Assembly: GCA_963932905.1 (NCBI GenBank)
Contig: CAWVRN010000015.1
Span: 35,595-99,594, forward strand
Direction of reading: 5' to 3'
Length of the DNA: 64,000 nt
Source: an uncultured Bdellovibrio sp.
GTDB taxonomy: Bacteria; Bdellovibrionota; Bdellovibrionia; Bdellovibrionales; Bdellovibrionaceae
Positions 1-8,942 of the stretch are shown here, piece after piece. Both the position numbers and the translations under genes were made by a program. The notes under the pieces were generated by a model, which worked only from the letters and a program-made list of their open reading frames with translations, made no database searches and was not told the DNA's origin. Position 1 is the first letter of the stretch; the number at the start of each line of letters is the position of its first letter.

Positions 1-3000
1 GGCTGGGAGAAAATCACTGGCGAACCTAATTACATAGAGGCCCGCAATATAAAAGACGATTCAGATTTAACAATAACCGAGCGTTTCGATGACGCCCCAG
101 AACGGATTAAGGCATTCGATTCATGGTTTAAAAGACGTCAAAATTGGCAGGATGCTGAAAAACCAGTGCGCGAAGCTGCGTCGGTTTTCTCAGATCTATT
201 CAAACTACAGGGGCAACTTCAGCGCGAGTCCGAGAAATATCAACTTTATTTAGGCGATGGAAATCTTGTTTGGAATAGCGCAGTCGAGCCTGTTGATCAT
301 CCAATTCTTCTAAAGAAAATCGAATTGGAATTCGATTCATCCATACCCGAATTTATCCTTCGTGAATCTGAAGACAGCCCGGAACTGTACACTTCACTTT
401 TAAGGTACCATGAGCTTGACGGAAATGCAGTTCTTGCTTGTAAATCACTTCTCGAAGATGCAGAGCCTCATCCGCTTGCTAATGGAAAAACAGTCGATTT
501 TTTTAAGTTTTTAGTTCAGAGATTTTTTCCTGACGGAAGCCTCTGCGAAACACGTGAACAAATCAATTTAACGACTCCTTCTCTTTATCGTGATCCAGTC
601 ATTTTTATTGGTAACAGAACTCAAGGTTTTATGGAAGGGCTCGACAAACTTATAGATGCCTTACCCAATGTTGAATTTGTACCTGAAGCTTTGCTAAGAG
701 TCGTTGGAATTGATGAGAAACTCTCTTCCAATGCGACTAATTTAAATATTGATTTAGATGGAAAGCCAACTATATCTCAAAACTCTGAAATTGACTTTCT
801 TCTCACTAAACCAGCAAATAAAGAACAAGAGCGCGTAATAACACAATTAGAGAAGACTGGATCAGTCTTAGTCCAAGGACCACCAGGAACCGGCAAGTCA
901 CACACCATAGCCAACATTATAGGTCACCTTCTTGCAAGCGGAAAAACAGTACTCGTCACCAGTCATACCTCAAAAGCGTTGAAAGTTGTGCGTGAAAAAG
1001 TTGTAGCCCCCCTTCAACCACTTTGCGTTTCCGTTCTGGAGAATGATTTAGAAAGTAAATCTCAGCTCGAAGAGTCGATCAATGGCATCGTAAGCTATCT
1101 TTCGCGAACCGATTCAGAATCACTATCTAAAGAAATTCAACAGCTGGGTGATCGTCGAATTCATATAAAACAGCAGCTAGAAAAGCTTGAGGCTGAGGCG
1201 TTAGAAATTTGTAAAGGTGAGTATACAGATATAATTGTATCAGGAAAGGGAACACCGCCATCTGAGGCCGCACGACGGGTCTGTAATTTAGAGCTCGAAC
1301 ACGGCTGGATTCCAACCCCTGTAGAACCTGGCGCCCCGATTCCGTTAACCGAGACGGAATTGCGCAGACTATATGACACGAATAGAATTCTTTCGTCTGA
1401 AGATGTAAGTTGTATAGCCGAGCGATTGCCTGATTTCACACAAGTACTCAAACCTTTTGAACTGAGCGAGTTGGCTTCAAGTTTAAAGGCTGTGGACCGA
1501 AATCTTGCCAATCGATTTGCCGACCTTTGGGAAAATTCAAACCAGGGTCTGCTTGATTTAGAGCAGGTCTTCACCAGCCTTACCAAGTCATTAGAAATTT
1601 TCAAAGCCCATAAGTGGATCCGCAAAGTTGTGGAGGATTCAAAGCTTGGGCAGGAACGTCTTCAGCCATGGCATACGTTGATAGAGTTGATAGAATCCAC
1701 AAACCAAAAAGTTGCTGTACGCTCGGAGCTTGTTTTAAAATATGGACCACAGTTGTCGATTGAAATTTCAGCAGAATCAATAAAGACTTGTGAAGAGATT
1801 CTGGTTCACCTTCGATCAGGTAAATCTCTTGGTTTCTTTTCTACAATTTTAAAATCTTCATGGAAAGTACTTTTAACCGGCAGTAGAGTCGACGAGGGGC
1901 CACCATCAAAAACTGAACATTTCGAGGCTATACTAGCTTTCATGGAATCCACACAGCTTCGCAGAGAACTCGTTCGTAGATGGGATCGGCAGATTACCTC
2001 TTTGCAAGGGCCAAAACTTGAAACTTCTGAACCTGAGGTTCACGCCTTATCACTCATTGATGCCCTGAGGGTCGGAACAAATTGGACATCATCATCGTGG
2101 AATAATATTGAAGGGCAGCTATCAAACCTAGGATTCAATCTTAAGGCTGCTTTCGACAAAGCGTCTTTGACCACCCAAGCGAATGGTTATATCGATCAAA
2201 TCCAAGCTCTCGTGGAGAATCTGCTTATACCATCTATCGAGTCACGTCGCCTTTGGATTCGACTAAAAGAACTAGAGGCACTCCGTGAAAAAACCCTTCA
2301 AGAATTCAGACTCAACAATCAAAAAGCTGCAAATATCCAGTGTTACCTTCGAGTTCTTTCTTCTTCAGTCGAACATCTGAACGTCGAAGAATATGAAAAC
2401 GCTTTTGATAGGTACCTCGACTTACAAAGTAAATCAGAGAGTTACCAAGAGCGTGAAACTCTCCTTAAAAAATTAGCATTAACGGCTCCAGGCTGGGCAA
2501 AAGCAATAGAGCAGAGATTAGGCGTACATGGCTTAAGTTCATTGCCTGGAAATCTGACAACGGCCTGGAATGTCAGTCAATGGCGACAAGAGCTAGATAA
2601 ACGATTGTCACAAGACTACTCAAGCGTTCAGCGTGAACTTCAACGACTCAAAGTGGAATTAAACGGCATCAATGCCCAATACGTCGAGAAACTTGCTTGG
2701 AAATTTCAACATTCACGTACCGGTTTACACGAGAAGCAGGCTTTGACGGGTTGGCAACAACTCCAGAAAAAAATGACAAAAACAGGGCGCGGAAAACGTG
2801 ATGTTCACATTAAACGTGAGGCGAGGAAGACTCTTAAAGATTGTAAGAACGCGGTTCCCGTTTGGATTATGCCTCTTTCACGTGTGTTCGATAGCTTTGA
2901 CCTTGTCGAGACAAAGTTTGACGTGATCTTGCTGGATGAAGCTAGCCAAAGTGATATTACAGCGTTGGTTGCATTTTCTATTGCGAAACAAGTAATTGTA

Positions 3001-4644
3001 GTCGGCGACAATGAGCAAGTCACGCCACATGCCGTTGGTCAGGAACTTGGAAAAATCCAATCACTTATAGATGAGCTACTTCAAGGAATTCCAAACCGTA
3101 TGCTCTACGATGGAAAAACGTCAGTCTATGATTTAGCTGAGCAGGCATTTGGTGAAACTATTAGGTTAGTTGAACACTTTCGTTGTGTGCCTGATATCAT
3201 CGAGTTTTCCAATCAACTTTCATACAACGGCGAAATAAAACCACTTCGAGAAGCGTCTAGCAGTCCATATGTAAATCATTTGGTCGCCCACCGAGTAAGT
3301 GGCGCCAGTTCACACAATAAAACTAATCGAGTTGAAGCAACTGAAGTTGCATCTATTGTGGCTGCAATGACTAGAATCCCAGAATATGCAAAAGCCTCAA
3401 TAGGAGTCATCTCATTGGTTGGACAAGAACAAGCCATTTTGATCGACAGTATTTTACAACATCAACTTCCCACCGACATCTACTCTAAGCACAATATTTT
3501 ATGTGGAAACGCCTCCCAGTTCCAAGGAGATGAACGTGATGTAATAGTGATATCAATGGTGGATGCTTGTGATTCTCCACCCTTATCGATTCGCCAAACT
3601 GAAGATTTCAAAAAAGTATTTAACGTAGCGGCTTCGCGGGCAAGAAATCAGCTTTGGGTAGTCCACTCCTTGAATCCAAATACTGATCTGAAACCGGGCG
3701 ATCTGCGTTTGCGCCTAATTCAGCATGCTGAAAGCCCTAAAGCACTTCGACAAGCCATAGAGAGTACACAAAAAAAGGCTGATCCAAAGTCAGTCGTATT
3801 TGAACCGATGGTTATTGATGATCTAATGCGCGCGGGTTTCCGTGTTACACCTCAGTTCCAAGTAGGTGCATACACGATCGACATGGTTGTCGAAGGTAGT
3901 AAAAAGCGAATCGCCGTCGAATGTGACGGAGACAGATTTCATCCACCAGAGAAGTTAGCAGACGATATTAGTCGTCAAATAGTCTTAGAGCGGCTGGGCT
4001 GGAAATTTATAAGAATTCGAGGCAGTGAATATTTTCGACGTCGCGAAGCGACTATTAAGCGAGTAATCGAAGAGCTTGAAGCTTATGCGATTGAAAAGCT
4101 AGGCCCATCTTCAAATGTTTCACCTGAAGAAAAATCAGATGAAGTTAAGCAACAGATTCTCAAACTGGCTTACGAATTTAAGGAAGAATGGAAAACAAGT
4201 AATGAGCCCGAAGCTGAACAAAAGGTTCGTCACGGTCGTTGGGGCAGAAAGACTCCTGTAAAATCTACTGATACAAATTTAGAAGGTAATGCCGCTATTA
4301 AAGTTGAACCTATTATCGCAAGCAATCTTGAACAAGATTCGATTTCAGAGCGCGTGAGGCGTCAGCATACAGCTCCCGACCATATGGTGGATGAGGTGGA
4401 AATTAATTGGAGTTCACTTACAGAGAGACTAGATGCTTCAGAAATTGTTTCTTTTTTTCAAAGACACAAATTTGAAGTAATTGATAAACGGGCTTCAGGT
4501 GATGTTATTTGGGTAATTGACAATACGAGATTTAAGAAACTTGCAGAAGCCCTTTCCCTAAAAGGGATTCATTTCTTATTTGCGAAAAATGGAAGCAAGT
4601 CCACATCGAATCGTCCCGCATGGTACACATCCAACAAGCACTAG
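1..4644 (+). CDS. Superfamily-1 (DNA2/NAM7-like) helicase with C-terminal Vsr/DUF559-like endonuclease domain; 5'-truncated by window edge; probable defence protein
   Basis: Frame is open from base 1. Motifs: Walker A QGPPGTGKS, DEASQ, QFQGDERD, FNVAASRAR; C-terminal IDMVV..IAVECDGDRFH..RQ..LERLGWKFIRI. Confidence 0.85.
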   Translation, partial: GWEKITGEPNYIEARNIKDDSDLTITERFDDAPERIKAFDSWFKRRQNWQDAEKPVREAASVFSDLFKLQGQLQRESEKYQLYLGDGNLVWNSAVEPVDHPILLKKIELEFDSSIPEFILRESEDSPELYTSLLRYHELDGNAVLACKSLLEDAEPHPLANGKTVDFFKFLVQRFFPDGSLCETREQINLTTPSLYRDPVIFIGNRTQGFMEGLDKLIDALPNVEFVPEALLRVVGIDEKLSSNATNLNIDLDGKPTISQNSEIDFLLTKPANKEQERVITQLEKTGSVLVQGPPGTGKSHTIANIIGHLLASGKTVLVTSHTSKALKVVREKVVAPLQPLCVSVLENDLESKSQLEESINGIVSYLSRTDSESLSKEIQQLGDRRIHIKQQLEKLEAEALEICKGEYTDIIVSGKGTPPSEAARRVCNLELEHGWIPTPVEPGAPIPLTETELRRLYDTNRILSSEDVSCIAERLPDFTQVLKPFELSELASSLKAVDRNLANRFADLWENSNQGLLDLEQVFTSLTKSLEIFKAHKWIRKVVEDSKLGQERLQPWHTLIELIESTNQKVAVRSELVLKYGPQLSIEISAESIKTCEEILVHLRSGKSLGFFSTILKSSWKVLLTGSRVDEGPPSKTEHFEAILAFMESTQLRRELVRRWDRQITSLQGPKLETSEPEVHALSLIDALRVGTNWTSSSWNNIEGQLSNLGFNLKAAFDKASLTTQANGYIDQIQALVENLLIPSIESRRLWIRLKELEALREKTLQEFRLNNQKAANIQCYLRVLSSSVEHLNVEEYENAFDRYLDLQSKSESYQERETLLKKLALTAPGWAKAIEQRLGVHGLSSLPGNLTTAWNVSQWRQELDKRLSQDYSSVQRELQRLKVELNGINAQYVEKLAWKFQHSRTGLHEKQALTGWQQLQKKMTKTGRGKRDVHIKREARKTLKDCKNAVPVWIMPLSRVFDSFDLVETKFDVILLDEASQSDITALVAFSIAKQVIVVGDNEQVTPHAVGQELGKIQSLIDELLQGIPNRMLYDGKTSVYDLAEQAFGETIRLVEHFRCVPDIIEFSNQLSYNGEIKPLREASSSPYVNHLVAHRVSGASSHNKTNRVEATEVASIVAAMTRIPEYAKASIGVISLVGQEQAILIDSILQHQLPTDIYSKHNILCGNASQFQGDERDVIVISMVDACDSPPLSIRQTEDFKKVFNVAASRARNQLWVVHSLNPNTDLKPGDLRLRLIQHAESPKALRQAIESTQKKADPKSVVFEPMVIDDLMRAGFRVTPQFQVGAYTIDMVVEGSKKRIAVECDGDRFHPPEKLADDISRQIVLERLGWKFIRIRGSEYFRRREATIKRVIEELEAYAIEKLGPSSNVSPEEKSDEVKQQILKLAYEFKEEWKTSNEPEAEQKVRHGRWGRKTPVKSTDTNLEGNAAIKVEPIIASNLEQDSISERVRRQHTAPDHMVDEVEINWSSLTERLDASEIVSFFQRHKFEVIDKRASGDVIWVIDNTRFKKLAEALSLKGIHFLFAKNGSKSTSNRPAWYTSNKH

Positions 4645-5391
4645 TTTATATTAAAAACAGTTCGTTATTGGCACATTTACTAGATTTATTACTCCGAAAG
4701 TAAATTTGCCTATCCCTCGGACATATCATATAAACTTTGATCTTGGGCGATACTTGCTGGGCAAAGCGCGCCAGGAGGTGACTTTGAAATACACCCACAC
4801 CTATCAGCAGCCAGCAAATACGTCTTAGAATAGTAATCAATTAAATTAGTTTATTGAATAATTTTTTCATTTATCTATCGAAAATAAACCACTAATACAC
4901 AAGCCATAGCGAAAAATTGGACTAAAGCCGATAGACTGATGGCTGTCATTCGCCTAACATATTTTTTGTTTATATTATAACTCAACAACCCTTACCTTAT
5001 GGTGAACTATGGCTCTAACAGATGCATACCTGATTACAACAAAAAATCTTGAATCTTTTCTAAACGCGATTGTCGCAGCAAGAGCACCAGATAAATTTAC
5101 CCAAAAATTCTTAGAGTCTTTAGAGTTTAAGAGTACCAATGACCGTCTTTTCATTAAGCTCTTAAGGTCACTTGGTTTCCTAGATGGAAACGGTACACCA
5201 ACACAACGCTATCATGACTTTCTCGATCAAACTCAATCCAAAACAGTAATGGCGGAAGCAGTCAAAGAGGCTTACAGTGACCTATTTAATGTGAAGAAAG
5301 ACGCCAATACATTGAGCGCTCAAGATGTAAAAGGGAAACTGAGGACACTTACTCAAGGAAAGAAATCTGATGATGTCTACAATTGGATGGC

Positions 5392-6688
5392 TGTCCGTCC
5401 TGACACATAGGTTACATTTTATACCGGACACATAGTTTACACTTTTCTAATCTAGGAGGGATTCCAATGGGTTGGAAGGAGTGTACAAAAATGGATGAGA
5501 AGTTAAAATTTATAGCAAGGTATCTTGAAGGTGAAAAAATAGCCCCATTGTGTAAAGAATTTGGTATCACCAGACCAACAGCTTACAAGCTGATTGATCG
5601 TTACAAGATGATGGGTCAATGTGCCTTGGTCGAACAAAAAAGAACACCGCATAGGTATGCGCATGCTTTACCAGTTCAAGTTGAAGCTTTGATTTTAGAT
5701 TTAAAACGAGAATACCCTGATTGGGGTGCGCCAAAAATCAGAGAAAAAATAATTAAAAAATATCCCGATGTTAAAACACCTGCAAAAAGTACCATACACG
5801 CAATCCTTGATCGCCACGGACTTGTTAAACACAGACTAGGTCGAAGAAGATTTAAAGTGACTGGTACACCACTAGAACATGTTACCGAGCCCAATCAGCT
5901 GTGGTGTGCGGATTACAAGGGTGAATTTATGTTGGGTAATCGACAGTATTGTTATCCACTAACAATAACGGATTATGCTTCAAGATATTTAATTAAGTGC
6001 GATGCTTTATCATCAACCAGAGAAGAATTTGCATTTGAAGTTTTTACGAGAGCATTTAAAGAATTTGGAATACCTGATTCTTTACGAACTGATAATGGAA
6101 ATCCTTTTGCAAATGGTCAGTCATTTTATAATTTAACAAAACTATCTGTCTGGTGGATGCGACATGGAATAAATTTAGAACGAATAAACCCCGGTCACCC
6201 TGAAGAAAATGGTCGTCATGAAAGAATGCATTTAACTTTAAAACTCGCAACAACAAGACCGCCAAGACCAACACTTGTTTCACAGCAAGAAGCATTCGAT
6301 CATTTTCAAAATGTTTTTAATAATGAAAGACCACATGAAGGAATAAAAAATAAATATCCTTCAGAAGTTTATAAAAAATCCGATAAAGAATATAAGAAAT
6401 TAGAACCATTATTTTACCCAATGCATGATCAGACAATCACGGTCACTCAGTGTGGAAGAATTTGCACCAAGACGCTGAAGGTATCTTTAAGCAGATCTTT
6501 TGCAGGTCAACAAGTTGGAATAAAAGAAATGGAAGATGGCCTCTGGGTCGTCAGTTTTATGGATTATGATCTAGGTTACTTCGATGAACGAGGTTCTAGA
6601 GTTGAACCAGTGGATGATCCTTTTGGATTTGAAAAAGTGTAAAGGATGTCTCCGGTATAAAGTGTAAAGTATCTATCCGGTATGGACC
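5392..6688 (+). mobile_element. IS481-family insertion sequence (~1297 bp)
   Basis: Imperfect terminal inverted repeats: TGTCCGTCCTGACACATAGGTTACATTTTATACCGGACACATAGTTTACAC versus the reverse complement of the right end GTGTAAAGGATGTCTCCGGTATAAAGTGTAAAGTATCTATCCGGTATGGACC. GGC direct repeat at 5389-5391 and 6689-6691. Confidence 0.88.
5467..6642 (+). CDS. IS481-family DDE transposase
   Basis: N-terminal HTH (LCKEFGITRPTAYK); rve core WCADYKG, RTDNGNPF, ENGRHERMH; RBS AGGAGG upstream. Confidence 0.92.
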   Translation: MGWKECTKMDEKLKFIARYLEGEKIAPLCKEFGITRPTAYKLIDRYKMMGQCALVEQKRTPHRYAHALPVQVEALILDLKREYPDWGAPKIREKIIKKYPDVKTPAKSTIHAILDRHGLVKHRLGRRRFKVTGTPLEHVTEPNQLWCADYKGEFMLGNRQYCYPLTITDYASRYLIKCDALSSTREEFAFEVFTRAFKEFGIPDSLRTDNGNPFANGQSFYNLTKLSVWWMRHGINLERINPGHPEENGRHERMHLTLKLATTRPPRPTLVSQQEAFDHFQNVFNNERPHEGIKNKYPSEVYKKSDKEYKKLEPLFYPMHDQTITVTQCGRICTKTLKVSLSRSFAGQQVGIKEMEDGLWVVSFMDYDLGYFDERGSRVEPVDDPFGFEKV

Positions 6689-6942
6689 GGCAAATACTTT
6701 CAATGCTCTATGTTCTTGGGCCGATTTTTCAACGAAGAAAACAACAACTCCTCTGCCAAACGACGAAGACTCCAGTCCACCGATCGACATTAAAAATGAC
6801 ATGGATGAAAAAAAGAATGCCTTACCTAAGCCTCAAAAACTTGATCTTCATTATAATATTCAGATTCATTTGCCAGAGACCAGAGATACAGCAGTATATG
6901 ATGCAATCTTTCAGAGCTTAAAAAAGCATATGGTTTAGTCCG

Positions 6943-7527
6943 ATGAAAAATTCTATATACGACTTCGTCTTTAAAGGTCTTCTAACAGAAAATGCACTCG
7001 ATAAAACTGACCGAATTCCGAAACAGGCATATTCGGCTTTCGTCGAAATGAGCACTGTTGATAAACTTCCATTTGAACTATTGGACGACAGTTTCTCAAG
7101 TGCAGGCAAAAAAATGGCGGCAGTCTATGTCGCCTTATTCTCTTTTGAAAATTCGGTACGAAAATTCGTTTCAGATTTACTTCTAGAAAAAGTCGGCGAG
7201 AATTGGTGGGTAACTTGTGTTCAACAAAATATGAAGCAAAAAGCAGAATCTCGTCTAGAGGAAGAAAAAAAGATTTTATGGCATGCTCCGAGAGGAGATG
7301 AACCGATAAATTTTCTAGATTTTGGTGACTTAGCAAAGATTATGACCAGCAACGAAAACTGGGCAAGATTTGAGCCGTACATACGAGACCAAGAATGGGC
7401 AAAAAATCTTCTCACCTCTCTTGAAAGATCAAGAAACGTAATTATGCATAGCGGATCACTTGGAGAGAGAGATATAGAGAGAATTGGAACTCTTATGGAA
7501 GACTGGTTGCAACAGATAGGTTCATAG
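6943..7527 (+). CDS. Swt1-like HEPN domain protein (putative RNase effector)
   Basis: LFSFENSVRKFV, GENWW, FLDFGDL and an Rx4H motif RNVIMH; starts 4 bp after the DUF5343-like stop. Confidence 0.75.
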   Translation: MKNSIYDFVFKGLLTENALDKTDRIPKQAYSAFVEMSTVDKLPFELLDDSFSSAGKKMAAVYVALFSFENSVRKFVSDLLLEKVGENWWVTCVQQNMKQKAESRLEEEKKILWHAPRGDEPINFLDFGDLAKIMTSNENWARFEPYIRDQEWAKNLLTSLERSRNVIMHSGSLGERDIERIGTLMEDWLQQIGS

Positions 7528-7615
7528 CATCAAAAACTGGAATACCACGGAACCCAATATACTTCACCAAGAGGAGTATTATCTAATTATTTAGAACCAT
7601 TCCAGGTTCCAAGAA

Positions 7616-7716
7616 TGGTGGAGGCGCCGGGAATGGACTCGCACCATCCTGGCGCTCGGGCCTGCGGCCTGGCTGCGCCATCCAAAAAGGACGTCATGTC
7701 CTTTTTGTGAACCCGG
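7616..7716 (-). repeat. att-like copy of the tmRNA 3' end with a 73-bp insertion in the T-loop
   Basis: 7616-7634 TGGTGGAGGCGCCGGGAAT and 7708-7716 TGAACCCGG match ssrA 20588-20615 exactly; 7635-7707 is the inserted sequence. Confidence 0.85.
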
Positions 7717-7753
7717 AGGACGATCTCAGAGTCTAATCGCGATGTATCTACAG

Positions 7754-7798
7754 TTTAAATAAAAAAACCAACCCGATGGGTTGGCTTTTTTATTTAAA
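7754..7798. terminator. Bidirectional intrinsic terminator
   Basis: TTTAAATAAAAAAACCAACCC-GAT-GGGTTGGCTTTTTTATTTAAA inverted repeat with A/T tails. Confidence 0.8.
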
Positions 7799-7885
7799 TG
7801 GTGGACTCCGAAGTGAGATGAACGAACTCCGATGGTCACCTATCAATATCAACTACACATTTAGCAGTATTACACTGCGATCCAC

Positions 7886-8665
7886 TTACTCTTCAAACTT
7901 TTTAAGCTTTCTTCTCAACACCGCCCACCATAGATCACCTTGATCAATAATTTCAATCTGAGTATTGTGCAAATGCCCATCTTCAACATCATTATTGGTC
8001 CAAGTTATCCGAATATGACAATAGTGAGATGGAACTAAAAAGTTATCGTTGCTTACAATTATGCATAAATCGTACGGAAGACCCGGCAACAGTCTGATGC
8101 TCTCTTGCTGGTTCCTCCTATGAAGAATCAATTCAAGTGGTTTGGACGGAGTCACCTTATTCGGCCCAACAATAGCGGTATCAAGGTAACAAAAATCAGC
8201 TCGATATTTATATCTACCTGGGATGATACAGCCGACTTGGAAGTCCCGATCTGTCTCCGACCAGTTCATTTCAAATGTTGTGAAGGGAATATGACCCGAC
8301 AACTTACCCGATCCAGCTGTCATTCCAACACACCAAATACGAGGAGACACCAATTTTACCCATCCTAAATTTTGAACTCTTAGGCGGTACCAGCTTTGGA
8401 TTTTTTTCAGTTCACTATTGCTGTTGTAGAACTTAACTCCATGAACGGCATCTCCGCTATCATGGCTAAAAGATACTTCCAGCTTCGGTCTCAAAAAAAT
8501 AAATCTTGCAGCGATTGGAATAAGAAGCAGAAAAATTCCTGAAAAACCCGTATTCCAGATATTAGGTGCTTCCCAAGGATCTACTGCAAAAGCAACAGAT
8601 GCACTGCTCATCAACAAGAAGATTATGCAAGTTCTGAAAAAAATCGTTCTATATTCTGGGCGCAT
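7886..8665 (-). CDS. Hypothetical membrane-anchored protein
   Basis: 259-aa ORF with two N-terminal hydrophobic segments followed by RPKLEV; overlaps the upstream ORF by 17 bp. Confidence 0.65.
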   Translation of the reverse strand: MRPEYRTIFFRTCIIFLLMSSASVAFAVDPWEAPNIWNTGFSGIFLLLIPIAARFIFLRPKLEVSFSHDSGDAVHGVKFYNSNSELKKIQSWYRLRVQNLGWVKLVSPRIWCVGMTAGSGKLSGHIPFTTFEMNWSETDRDFQVGCIIPGRYKYRADFCYLDTAIVGPNKVTPSKPLELILHRRNQQESIRLLPGLPYDLCIIVSNDNFLVPSHYCHIRITWTNNDVEDGHLHNTQIEIIDQGDLWWAVLRRKLKKFEE

Positions 8666-8942
8666 ATATCGTCACCGGAACCAAATAAGATCCAAAGTCC
8701 GCCGCATCTTGGGGCTCTCCAAGAGTATAGAAAAGTCGATTCAAATCACAAAGTCTTTCTAATTCGGGGTGAGCCATGCGAGCCAATACAACTCTTGAGA
8801 TAATCTCCCTCGTTATATAGTCACCGGCAGATATCTTGAGCAATTCCTTGGCTACCACCGGGTTATTGAATCCTTGAGCTTTAAGAAAACCATTTGATAC
8901 TTCCAAAGAATTTTCAGGCTGGATAGGCGAATACTTTATCAT
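8649..8942 (-). CDS. Small hypothetical protein coupled to the S8 protease gene
   Basis: 97-aa ORF with ATGA overlap on the protease stop codon. Confidence 0.55.
   Translation of the reverse strand: MIKYSPIQPENSLEVSNGFLKAQGFNNPVVAKELLKISAGDYITREIISRVVLARMAHPELERLCDLNRLFYTLGEPQDAADFGSYLVPVTIYAPRI

Larger units (their letters stand above)
5009..6938 (+). pseudogene. DUF5343-like protein interrupted by IS481 (5009-5391 joined to 6692-6938 gives 209 aa)
   Basis: Removing the IS and one GGC copy restores the frame: ...VYNWMANTFNALCSWADF...LHYNIQIHLPETRDTAVYDAIFQSLKKHMV*. The N-terminus (APDKFTQKFLESLEFKSTNDR) resembles DUF5343. Confidence 0.8.

Noticed and set aside
6682..6921. Independent 79-aa ORF
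   Set aside because: It starts inside the IS end and is out of frame with the real DUF5343-like C-terminal remnant (6692-6938).
7616..7716. Functional tRNA, second tmRNA or group I intron
   Set aside because: Only the 3' acceptor strand and split T-arm are present; 73 bp is too short for a self-splicing intron core.
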